From NCBI GenBank assembly GCA_043799675.1, contig JAZDNN010000040.1, forward strand, positions 1 through 52,751: 52,751 nt of DNA. Reading direction: 5' to 3'. Numbering within the stretch: position 1 is the stretch's first letter; each line of letters begins with the position of its first letter. Positions 10,096 to 18,266 of the stretch are shown here, in pieces. Origin of the DNA: Candidatus Aenigmatarchaeota archaeon. Lineage in GTDB: Archaea > Aenigmatarchaeota > Aenigmatarchaeia > Aenigmatarchaeales > JACQIB01. A model generated the notes under the pieces. The model searched no databases and was not told the DNA's origin. It was given only the letters and a program-made list of their open reading frames with translations. The position numbers and the translations under genes are program-made.

Positions 10096-13000
10096 CCGCC
10101 TATTTTCAGCTTTGGCCATATTCCCATGGTCTTCAGCTCGTCCAGCAGCAGTTTGAACGCGTAGCTCATGTCCACGTCTACCACATCGGTGTCCTTGTCT
10201 AACGGGCAGACATTGGTTCCCTTGGCCTTGTCCCACAGCGCGGTTATGCCATGGGTCCTGCATATCGGGATGGTTATCTTGTCGGAGTCGAACCTTTCTT
10301 TTAGCGTGAGCACCGCTCCGTGGGCAATCAGGCAGTCCTTTTCCATTTCCCCGAGCCTGAGACCGCCTTCCTTCGCTTTTCCTTCGGTCGGCTGCCTTGT
10401 AAGCAGTGTCACGGGTCCCCTGCTCCTGGTCTGCAGCTTGTTGGCGACCATGTGGTCCAGTTTCTGGTAGTAGTTTATTCCGATGAATATTTCCGCTTCG
10501 AACTTTTCCCCGGTGAGTCCGTTGTACATTATCTCCTTCCCGTCGCTCCTGAATCCCATGCTTCCGAGCATCGCCCTTATGTCCGATTCCGGCAGGCTTG
10601 CGAACGGGGTCGCGTCCATCTTGCTTCCGTTCAGGGCGGCGGTCTTGCCGGCAAGCATCTCCAGCAGCTGTCCCAGCGTCTGCCTGCTCGGCACCGCGTG
10701 CGGATTGATCATGATGTCCGGAATGTAGCCGGCCGCGCTGAACGGCAAATCTTCTTCGTCCGCAATCATCCCGACTACGGATTTTTGCCCGTGCCGCGAT
10801 GCAAACTTGTCGCCGGGCTCCGGTATCCTCAAATCCCTTACGGCGACCTTGATGAGCTTGTTCCCGTGGACGGTCTCGGTCATGAACACCCTGTCCACTA
10901 TCCCCCTTTCCGACGGGCGCAATTGGACCGAGGTGTCCCTCATGTTCGCTATCCCGCCCATCAGCTCGGTGGCGGAAAGGAACCGCATCGGGCTTATCTT
11001 TCCTATGACCACGTCCCCTCCGACGACCGGGCTCTCGGGCGGCAATATTCCGTCCTCGTTGAGCCTGGCGTAATCGGCCTCGGCTTTGTACCCCCTGACG
11101 TCCTTCTCGGGTATGGCAACCTTGTCCTCCTGTCCTCCCCAGTACCTTCTTTCTTCTGCGCTGTATATCCTGTAGAAGAACGAGCGGAACATCCCCCTCT
11201 CCACCGACGACTTGTTGAATATCACCGCGTCCTCCATGTTGTAGCCGTGGAACGGCGCGACGGCGATTATCACGTTCTCCCCCGCCGGATGCGTCAGCAT
11301 GCTGGTCAACGGCACTGCCGCCGTCTCTATCAGCGGCGTCTGCGAATAAACAAGGATGTTGCTCTTGGTGTCGGCCCTTCTGAGGAAATTCGACTGGTAA
11401 AGCCCTATCGACTGTCCGATCATCTTCGCCCCGAAGTTGACACGGTCCCCTCGGTTGTGCTGTGCGAACGGAAGCAGCGCCGCGCTGAGCCCGAGGATTA
11501 TGAGCGGCGTCAGTTCGAGGTGGGTGTGCTCCTGCCTGAGATCGCTCTCCTTCAGCGCGACAAGGGCAGCGTCCTCCTCGTCCGCGTCAATGAATTCTAT
11601 CACTCCGGACTTCAGCAGGTCGCTCCACTTCATCTGTCTGCCGGCTATCTTGTCCAGCATTTCCTGCGTGAGCCTGTGCCTTCCGTTCTCCACCACCAGC
11701 AGCGGTCTCCTTACCCTGCCGGCGTCCGTGTTGATCCTGATTTCCCCGTGCGGCAGGAAGACCGTGTTTATCTGCCGCGAAATCAGGTCCCCTCTCCGCT
11801 TCTTCCTGATGTCCTCGATTATGTCCCTGCTCCCCCAGCCGGAGGGAGTTCCGTCGATGAGCACCCTGTACTTGCCTTCGCCGGGCGCGCTCGAGAGCTT
11901 GAGGTTCTTGACCAGTTTTTCCTTGTCCGCTTCGTTGAGGCCGGGCGTCACTTCGGCCATGAGGGCAAGGTGTTTCCTGAGTCCGATGGTCGGTCCTTCC
12001 GGCGTTTCCGCGGGGCAGAACCTTCCCCAGTTTGTCGGATGCAGCTCCCTTGCCTCGAAGTGCTCCTGCGTGCTGGTGAGCGGGCTGAGGACCATGCGCA
12101 GGTGGGAGAACGTCTTGGTGAGGTTCGCCCTGTCCAGCCTCTGGCTGACTCCGGTCCTTCCTCCGGTCCAGGCGCCGGTTGACATCGCGCTGACCAGCTG
12201 CTGGCTGACGACGTTGGACTCGACGATGGTCTGGATGGGCGGCAGCTTCCCTCTCTTGGCCATCTTCTGATAATTGTACTTTATCCTTGTGATGAGTCCC
12301 CATCGTCCGACCAGTATGCTCCTGAACAGCAGCTCAAGCAGATCCCCGGAGAGCCTGACTCTCTTGTTGGCGAAGTGGTCGATGTCGTCCTCCGGTATCT
12401 TTCCGAGTGAGAATCCTACTATCTTCGTTATCGCTGCGCAGAGGTAGGCCGCCTTGGCTTTCCTGCTCTTCGCGTCCTGTCCGAGATGGGGAAGAAGGTA
12501 CCTGTCGATTATCCTTTCGATCCTGGTGCTCTCGAACTCCTTCTCGACTATCCGCATGTTGGAAGCTATGACACCGAGTGCCGACTTGGAATCGGTGACC
12601 TCCGTCTCGTAAAGGTTGCCCATGAACGCGTTGATCGTCTCGGGGTCCGCCTGGAGTCCCTCCATTATTTCCTTGTCGGTCTCCGTTCCGAGCGCCTTGA
12701 GCAGGATGACCACCGGCAGCCTGCGTATGTTCGCGAAGCTTATCACGATGGAACCGTCGACCTTCCTTTCAATGAGGTGCCTCTGGGTGTATCCCTCCCG
12801 CTCGGAATTTATCCTGATGGTCTCCCTGTAGTTTCCCGCGTCCTGCTTCTGCACTATCATCCGGTTCGGTGCGATCTCTTCTATGAGAATAAGAGCCCTC
12901 TCTGTGCTGTTGACTATGAAGTAACCGCCCGGGTCGTCCTGGTCCTCGCCGTACTCCGGGAGCTGCTGGCGCGTCATCTTCGACAGCGGGCATGTGGCGC

Positions 13001-13379
13001 TCTTGATCATCACGGGCAGTTCGCCTATCATCACCGGGACGCCTTCCTGCTCGACCTTGTTCACCACCGGGGTCATCTCGACATGGATGGGGGCCGCATA
13101 GGTGAGGTCCCTCAGCCTTGCCTCGGCCGGCATTATCTTCCTGACCGTGCCGTCCGCTTCCCTGACCGACGGGTCTCCGACCGTCACCTTGCCGAGCTTT
13201 ATGACCAGTTCGCCTATCTCCGGCACCTCGGGTTCTATCTGTCCTATCTCGTCTATGACCTTCTGGAGCCTCCTTTCCACGAACGCGTTGAAGCTGTCAA
13301 TCTGGAACCTTACCCAGCCGATCTCCTCGGCGAACGACTTCAACAGGATCTCGGTATTTTTTTCCACCATCAATATCAT
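10092..13379 (-). CDS. rpoB: RNA polymerase subunit B (unsplit Rpo2)
   Basis: GGYFIVN, CPAETPEG, GYNMEDA, GDKFASRHGQK, RQPTEGKAKEGGLRLGEME. Confidence 0.98.
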   Translation of the reverse strand: MILMVEKNTEILLKSFAEEIGWVRFQIDSFNAFVERRLQKVIDEIGQIEPEVPEIGELVIKLGKVTVGDPSVREADGTVRKIMPAEARLRDLTYAAPIHVEMTPVVNKVEQEGVPVMIGELPVMIKSATCPLSKMTRQQLPEYGEDQDDPGGYFIVNSTERALILIEEIAPNRMIVQKQDAGNYRETIRINSEREGYTQRHLIERKVDGSIVISFANIRRLPVVILLKALGTETDKEIMEGLQADPETINAFMGNLYETEVTDSKSALGVIASNMRIVEKEFESTRIERIIDRYLLPHLGQDAKSRKAKAAYLCAAITKIVGFSLGKIPEDDIDHFANKRVRLSGDLLELLFRSILVGRWGLITRIKYNYQKMAKRGKLPPIQTIVESNVVSQQLVSAMSTGAWTGGRTGVSQRLDRANLTKTFSHLRMVLSPLTSTQEHFEARELHPTNWGRFCPAETPEGPTIGLRKHLALMAEVTPGLNEADKEKLVKNLKLSSAPGEGKYRVLIDGTPSGWGSRDIIEDIRKKRRGDLISRQINTVFLPHGEIRINTDAGRVRRPLLVVENGRHRLTQEMLDKIAGRQMKWSDLLKSGVIEFIDADEEDAALVALKESDLRQEHTHLELTPLIILGLSAALLPFAQHNRGDRVNFGAKMIGQSIGLYQSNFLRRADTKSNILVYSQTPLIETAAVPLTSMLTHPAGENVIIAVAPFHGYNMEDAVIFNKSSVERGMFRSFFYRIYSAEERRYWGGQEDKVAIPEKDVRGYKAEADYARLNEDGILPPESPVVGGDVVIGKISPMRFLSATELMGGIANMRDTSVQLRPSERGIVDRVFMTETVHGNKLIKVAVRDLRIPEPGDKFASRHGQKSVVGMIADEEDLPFSAAGYIPDIMINPHAVPSRQTLGQLLEMLAGKTAALNGSKMDATPFASLPESDIRAMLGSMGFRSDGKEIMYNGLTGEKFEAEIFIGINYYQKLDHMVANKLQTRSRGPVTLLTRQPTEGKAKEGGLRLGEMEKDCLIAHGAVLTLKERFDSDKITIPICRTHGITALWDKAKGTNVCPLDKDTDVVDVDMSYAFKLLLDELKTMGIWPKLKIGG

Positions 13380-13649
13380 CTAATCCTTGACGACTATCCT
13401 GTAGTAGACCGCGGTGCCTGCGGTCGGACTGTTTCTCGTTATCTTCAGCACCTGCCCCTCCTTCGCTCCTATTGCCTTGACAGCCGGATCGGTGCTGAAG
13501 ATTTTCGGCAGCTGCTGCACGGTGATGTTGTACTTCTTCATAATCTCCGCGATTTCTTGCTCATTAAGAATAACGTGCTCGGGCACGAGGTGGTGCTTGA
13601 GTACGGCTATCTCTTTCTCTTCATCATCTTTCTTGGTCGCCAAAGGCAT
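13380..13649 (-). CDS. rpoH: RNA polymerase subunit H (Rpo5)
   Basis: HHLVPEHVIL, QLPKI, DPAVK, SPTAG, YYRIV; ATG 13649 preceded by GGGGAGTG. Confidence 0.95.
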   Translation of the reverse strand: MPLATKKDDEEKEIAVLKHHLVPEHVILNEQEIAEIMKKYNITVQQLPKIFSTDPAVKAIGAKEGQVLKITRNSPTAGTAVYYRIVVKD

Positions 13650-13744
13650 CACTCCCCGCAACGAGAGCCTTAGGGCTTTCGTGCAAATTTTCTGGAGTAA
13701 ACTTGTCCCTATCGAGCTGACAGACCTTATAAAGATATCGCCGA

Positions 13745-14434
13745 TTGCCGTATTCGTACCGAAACGAACAAAAGGGCGGATTATCGTGGTTTATATCGCC
13801 GGATGCAAATCAGGTTATGCTGCTTTTGGCTTATCTTGCGATTGCCGCCGCTTCTCTTTGCATCTGTCTGTACAAGTGCAACCGGCGCAGGTATGCCGTC
13901 TACCTTTCCATGGCGGCATTGGCCGGAATTTCCGGGTATTTCATCGAGGAGGCGAACATTGCGGGCGGCTACTGGTACTGGACGGAGGGTGTGATGTTCC
14001 TTGGCAATACTCCTGTCGAGATGATACTGATATATGCCATGCTCGGTTGCATCGTATCCGTGCTGACGATTTACCTGAAGGAATTCCTGGCCGCAAAGCA
14101 TGCCCTGATGGGTAGAAAATCCGTTCTCTATGAAATTCCGTTCGGCATCTTCGTCCTGTTCCTGCTGTATCATTTTTGGAGCGCGGCATCCTGGCCCTTC
14201 CTGGCGGCGCTCCTGATAGGCGGACTGGTTTTCCTGAAATACAGGAACCCCGTGATCGTGATTTTCGGCATGTTCTCGGCGGGGGTCGACTTCCTGTTTG
14301 ACACGTGGCTGGTCCTGTTCGGCATCCTTCCGGTGACCTACAAGATACCTTACCTGTTCTTCTTCGGTTCAGGCGTTTTCTTTTCGGGGGTCTCCATCCT
14401 TTTGGACGACCTGTTTTACGGAAAGAAGCGGTGA
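13745..14434 (+). CDS. Multi-pass membrane protein, unknown function
   Basis: About 7 hydrophobic segments; divergent from rpoH; start uncertain. Confidence 0.6.
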   Translation: MPYSYRNEQKGGLSWFISPDANQVMLLLAYLAIAAASLCICLYKCNRRRYAVYLSMAALAGISGYFIEEANIAGGYWYWTEGVMFLGNTPVEMILIYAMLGCIVSVLTIYLKEFLAAKHALMGRKSVLYEIPFGIFVLFLLYHFWSAASWPFLAALLIGGLVFLKYRNPVIVIFGMFSAGVDFLFDTWLVLFGILPVTYKIPYLFFFGSGVFFSGVSILLDDLFYGKKR

Positions 14435-14439
14435 AAGTT

Positions 14440-14640
14440 TGGTGGGCCCAACGGGATTCTCTGGCGCGTTTTGGCGCTTCGCGCTCATTCGAACCCGCGA
14501 CTCCCGGGTACCTTCCTGTCATTGCACAGAGTGCTCTACATGCTTTTATCTGGTGCGGGTGCGTTCTGCGACACTTACACCGCAGACGCGGCGTGCCGCA
14601 GATAAAAGCCCGGTACTCTACCAGACTGAGTTATGAGCCC
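14440..14640 (-). tRNA. tRNA-Lys(UUU) with two introns: 37/38 (14510-14602, 93 nt) and T-loop about 59/60 (about 14457-14487, 31 nt); CCA encoded
   Basis: GGGCTCA/TGGGCCC acceptor, D arm ACTC-AGTCTGGTA-GAGT, anticodon arm CCGGG-CT TTT A/A-CCCGG, T arm GCGGG-TTCGAAT-CCCGT after removing the inserts; BHB helix CTTT/GAAG at 37/38. Confidence 0.9.
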
Positions 14641-14690
14641 ATTGTGCTATGCAGGCAGGACATTAAAAAGAATGGCGCCGGGACCTTGGT

Positions 14691-14933
14691 ATGGGCGATG
14701 AAAGGGCGGAGGAGGAACTGGTAGAGAGCGGAAGGTACAGATTCATAGTCGACTTGAAACGTAACAGGATTTACTACGGTTATGATACGAATGCCGGCCG
14801 CATGGCCACTTATTCCGAGCTTGGAATGCTTGATAGGAGGACTCTCGCCCGCGCCGCAACGGAAAGAAACGGTCACATGCTCTACTTTACCGATGATGTG
14901 TCGCTTTTTCTTGCAATACCCATCGAGGTCTGA
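14691..14933 (+). CDS. Hypothetical protein (80 aa)
   Basis: ATG-initiated ORF filling the gap between two tRNAs; no motif recognised. Confidence 0.45.
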   Translation: MGDERAEEELVESGRYRFIVDLKRNRIYYGYDTNAGRMATYSELGMLDRRTLARAATERNGHMLYFTDDVSLFLAIPIEV

Positions 14934-14997
14934 ATTGGCGCCCGCCATTCAACCGCTGCTGCAGCGCGGTGTATACCGCAGGACGAATGCGGTTAAA

Positions 14998-15137
14998 TGG
15001 CGCCCGGGCGGGGATTCTCAATTTCCCTGGAAAGTTTCTCTTTCCAAGGTTCTTTCTCTTTTCTAAAGAGAAAGGCCTTTTGAACCCCGGTTACAAGCTT
15101 GACAAGCTCGCATACTGGGCCACTATACTACCCGGAC
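14998..15137 (-). tRNA. tRNA-Asp(GUC) with a 64-nt T-loop intron (59/60; about 15015-15078); CCA encoded
   Basis: GTCCGGG/CCCGGGC acceptor, anticodon arm CGAGC-TT GTC AA-GCTTG, T arm CGGGG-TTCAAAT-CCCCG after removing the insert; helix TTCA/TGAG. Confidence 0.9.
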
Positions 15138-15159
15138 AAACCAGCTTTAAGCCCGAGAT

Positions 15160-15167
15160 TATTTAAA
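15160..15167 (-). promoter_or_regulatory. TATA box of tRNA-Asp
   Basis: TTTAAATA on the minus strand about 23 nt upstream of the tRNA 5' end. Confidence 0.6.
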
Positions 15168-15232
15168 CGTTGATTTTACATGAGCAGCAAAGCTGCCAAA
15201 ACATGTTTTCGCCGCCCGAGGCGGCAGGTTTG

Positions 15233-15424
15233 CTACCCTTTGGGCCCGTGGCCCGATAAACCCAAAGCCACCGCAAGCGAGGCGGTCACCATTCCCATGA
15301 TGACGGTCATGTCCACGCTTCCCGTGACGGCGCTCCAAGCGGTCCCGATTGACACCGCAAGGAGGGCTACAGCGAACGCCGTTTCCAAGCTCTCATTTTC
15401 GTCCGTTTTGCGCTTCCGTGGCAT
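15233..15424 (-). CDS. Small 2-TM membrane protein
   Basis: Charged N-terminus then two hydrophobic helices. Confidence 0.5.
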   Translation of the reverse strand: MPRKRKTDENESLETAFAVALLAVSIGTAWSAVTGSVDMTVIMGMVTASLAVALGLSGHGPKG

Positions 15425-15501
15425 GCATTTGATTGCTTAAGCCAGAATAAAAAGAGAGCCGTTGGCGCTGTAATAAATCCTTTCCTGCCGATAGCCCGTT
15501 C

Positions 15502-17055
15502 ATGAAGTTCGATTACTTCGCGACCAACCGCGTCGAGGTGCCGCCGGCAAAGCGGAAGGACTACATGCGCCTCTGTTTCTTCCACGTCACATCGCAGTAT
15601 GACCTGAGGCATCACCTGAACTCGCTTCCGAAGCACATCCAGGCGAGGATGCTCGTTGACAGGAACATGGATTTCCGCGTCGGAATGAGGAAGGAGGACG
15701 CATGGGCTACCGACCCCAGGGGCTTCTCGACCATGATGTACGGCGAGGTAGGTTTCGCCTCGAATATTATGTTCGACGGCAGGAATTTCAGGTACAGGCT
15801 GTACTGTTCGGACGACCTGAAAAAGCGCAATCTTAACATACTGTTCGAGCCCATGCGGCTGCATGAAAAGACCGGCCCGGATGCGCACGGCCTTAATGTC
15901 ACCAGGGAGGACGAGAAACTGGAGCCAATCGAGGCGCCGTTCACCTGGGACGACATAAGGAATCATTACAAGCATGGTCTCGAGTTCGAGATGAAGGAAG
16001 CGAGACAAAGGTTCGGGTGGCACGGTCCCAATCTTGACGGACTTGACATCGATGAAAATTATGAAAAGTTCGAAGAGGCAAGATGCCTGGAGGACGAAAA
16101 GGAACGCGCAAAGAAGGAACTTCATATCAACCGCATCGTACGCAGGAACCTTGAAAAAAGCAATCAGTGGCGTGAAAGCCTGAAGGAAAAGTGCAATCTG
16201 TTCAAGGAAGTTCGTGCTGACATCGCAAAGAAGCTAGGAAGACCGGCAATGCTGAACGTGGCCTACGGGACCATGCCTTTCCTGCAGAACGACTGTCTCG
16301 ACGATTCGATTGCCGCCTGCTGGCCGGTCATGTATGCGTTGCCCTACACGGACGGCATGAATGACAGGACGCTCGCCCTTCTTGACGCGGAGATATACGT
16401 AAGGCCCGAAGGCGGATGCACGCACATCGTCTCGTTCTATCCATACACGTCGCCGACCGAGGAAATAGCCGAGCTCAATGCGCAGTTGCTGAAGGAAGAC
16501 GGACCCATGCGCGCGATGTTCGCGCATGAAATGCTTGAGTCATTCATGTGCGAGAAATTCCGGTCGATTGGCTATGACTTCCTGGGATACATGGTCGACA
16601 GGGGGTATCGGGAATGTATCCAAGCTGAAAAGGTTTCGCAGGGGAACGAAAGGCACCGCCGGCTCAACAGTATGCTGGACAGGCTCGGCTATTCGGACTG
16701 CACGGAAGCGCTGCTGAAACGGTACGAGGAAGCGGCCGATGCGGTAATCAAAAGGATTGACGCGGAGAAACCTATGAAACGCGGTATTCTGGAGTCGGTG
16801 ATGGAGAGGTATGGGATGTTCCGCTACAAGCCTGACATGATAATCAGTGCGGCGGAACACCTGATGGGCTGGAAGTACGCCCACATGCTTGCGATGAAGA
16901 CCGGCTGTGAAGAATGGAGGCAAAGCATCCAGTCGGGCAAACTGCCGAAGTCCGGAATGGGGAACATAAAGCTCAGACAAATGGATGCCTTTATGTTGAG
17001 GGACGATGCTTCTGAAAAGTGCGAAATCCAGGCAACGGATGATTCGGAAGAATGA
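15502..17055 (+). CDS. Hypothetical protein (517 aa)
   Basis: Long ORF with coding-like composition; central coiled coil; AHEMLE motif; no family recognised. Confidence 0.75.
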   Translation: MKFDYFATNRVEVPPAKRKDYMRLCFFHVTSQYDLRHHLNSLPKHIQARMLVDRNMDFRVGMRKEDAWATDPRGFSTMMYGEVGFASNIMFDGRNFRYRLYCSDDLKKRNLNILFEPMRLHEKTGPDAHGLNVTREDEKLEPIEAPFTWDDIRNHYKHGLEFEMKEARQRFGWHGPNLDGLDIDENYEKFEEARCLEDEKERAKKELHINRIVRRNLEKSNQWRESLKEKCNLFKEVRADIAKKLGRPAMLNVAYGTMPFLQNDCLDDSIAACWPVMYALPYTDGMNDRTLALLDAEIYVRPEGGCTHIVSFYPYTSPTEEIAELNAQLLKEDGPMRAMFAHEMLESFMCEKFRSIGYDFLGYMVDRGYRECIQAEKVSQGNERHRRLNSMLDRLGYSDCTEALLKRYEEAADAVIKRIDAEKPMKRGILESVMERYGMFRYKPDMIISAAEHLMGWKYAHMLAMKTGCEEWRQSIQSGKLPKSGMGNIKLRQMDAFMLRDDASEKCEIQATDDSEE

Positions 17056-17064
17056 AATAATTGA

Positions 17065-17214
17065 TGGTCGCCAGCTTCTTGGGGTTCCCGCCTTTTCGGC
17101 AGTACAGCCCAAATCGATGACGCGATTCACTACCGTGATTCCGCCTCTTTTTGGTCTCAAAAAGATGTTTCGGAACGGGAACGGGTCTTACCACGTCTCT
17201 TTGGCCGGCAACCA
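17065..17214 (-). rRNA. rrf: 5S rRNA with a 31-nt BHB-bounded insertion (17138-17168)
   Basis: Helix I TGGTTGCCGGC/GCTGGCGACCA; ACCCGTTCCCGTTCCGAA|CACGG loop C signature; GTACT...GGGAAC loop E region; 150 nt with the insert, 119 nt without. Confidence 0.9.
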
Positions 17215-17236
17215 AGTCTGATTGCGCCTTCGAAGG

Positions 17237-17244
17237 TATTTAAA
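17237..17244 (-). promoter_or_regulatory. BRE/TATA promoter of the 5S rRNA gene
   Basis: AAAAAC-TTTAAATA on the minus strand about 23 nt upstream of helix I. Confidence 0.65.
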
Positions 17245-17260
17245 GTTTTTGTCGACAGGT

Positions 17261-17641
17261 TTAGCGGTAAGAGTCCAGAATTTTCCTGATTAAGATTGCT
17301 TTTCTGCTTTCTGTAAAACCTACCAAACTTCCAAATTTTGTCATGTTGCTTTTGCCTAATACTAGCAGCGCCCAACAATCCATTGTTGCCCTGCCGGTGC
17401 CTGCCGCATGGTCCAGATATATCCGCGATTCTACCCCGGCCTTTTCTAGCATCTTCTGCACGGTCAGTAGCAGTTTCTTATCGGAATTGCTAATTTTGAT
17501 TTTACGATCCCATTGTGGATACTCTTTTCCATTTTTCTTTTTACACCCGCGTCGCATTATTGGAGTTCCTTCGCCGTCTGCAAATCCTCGAATGTATTTC
17601 ATCTGTTGACTCTGCGGCCAGTTCAACATTTCCGAATACAT
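17261..17641 (-). CDS. Free-standing single-motif LAGLIDADG homing endonuclease family protein
   Basis: YIRGFADGEG motif followed by IKISNSDKKLL...L, LVGF...RK pattern; visibly AT-richer than its neighbours. Confidence 0.88.
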   Translation of the reverse strand: MYSEMLNWPQSQQMKYIRGFADGEGTPIMRRGCKKKNGKEYPQWDRKIKISNSDKKLLLTVQKMLEKAGVESRIYLDHAAGTGRATMDCWALLVLGKSNMTKFGSLVGFTESRKAILIRKILDSYR

Positions 17642-17735
17642 ACTGTACGATTAGTTGCTCCGAATAATAAGCTTTGTCCGAAGGTCCAGCCGACTTTTTA
17701 TTCGGGCTATCCGAACTAGGTATGAGGTGAAAGAT

Positions 17736-18020
17736 ATGATGTCGACTTTACCGGTTGATCTGAAGAAAGTGAAAAAGGAGGATATCGACAAGTCCATCTG
17801 CAGGGTGGGGATGATAGCCGAGCTGGATGCTGTCAGCTTCTACGAGCAGATGGCGGCAATGACCGACAACCACGGCATAAGGAAGATGCTGCTCGACATC
17901 GCCAAGGAGGAGAAGACACACATGGGCGAGTTCGAGGCGTTGCTGCTCAGATTGGACAGGGAGCAGGTAGACGAGATCGCAGCCGGCAAGAAGGAAGTCG
18001 AGGAGAAGGCCGGAAAGTAG
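17736..18020 (+). CDS. Small ferritin-like/rubrerythrin-family protein
   Basis: AELDAVSFYEQ and DIAKEEKTHMGEF di-iron motifs; SD GAGGTGA before ATG 17736. Confidence 0.88.
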   Translation: MMSTLPVDLKKVKKEDIDKSICRVGMIAELDAVSFYEQMAAMTDNHGIRKMLLDIAKEEKTHMGEFEALLLRLDREQVDEIAAGKKEVEEKAGK

Positions 18021-18066
18021 TCCGGTCCTTCCTTCCGTTCTTAAGCCTTCCAGTGCTGGCATTGGC

Positions 18067-18240
18067 ATGCCAGAACAGATAGGAGAGTGCAACACCCTCC
18101 TTGCGGTGCCGGTCGGGAATGAAAGGCACGTGATTTGCTACGGGATCGAATGCGGGCCCCGTATAGGCAGATTCTTTAACACAGGAATGATGTGTTGCGA
18201 AAGGTCCAAGTATGACAGCCTGCCGAAAAGGCAACTATAA
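18067..18240 (+). CDS. Small Cys-rich hypothetical protein (57 aa, not in the ORF track)
   Basis: Manual translation MPEQIGECNTLLAVPVGNERHVICYGIECGPRIGRFFNTGMMCCERSKYDSLPKRQL*; fills the gap between two + strand genes. Confidence 0.45.
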   Translation: MPEQIGECNTLLAVPVGNERHVICYGIECGPRIGRFFNTGMMCCERSKYDSLPKRQL

Positions 18241-18266
18241 ATTCTTTTCATGCGAAGCAGCCACCC

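Noticed and set aside
10320..12182. 620-aa + strand ORF and similar long antisense ORFs
   Set aside because: Shadow frames of rpoB and other GC3-rich genes, with no motifs
17261..17641. LAGLIDADG as part of an intein or group I/BHB intron
   Set aside because: No intein terminal motifs, no host exons, and the ORF lies outside the 5S gene upstream of its TATA box
17736..18020. Encapsulin cargo system
   Set aside because: Ferritin-like protein has no recognisable targeting peptide and no encapsulin gene is in the window
18021..18266. SRP or RNase P RNA in this gap
   Set aside because: No SRP helix 8 or RNase P P4 signature found; a 57-aa ORF explains the space better
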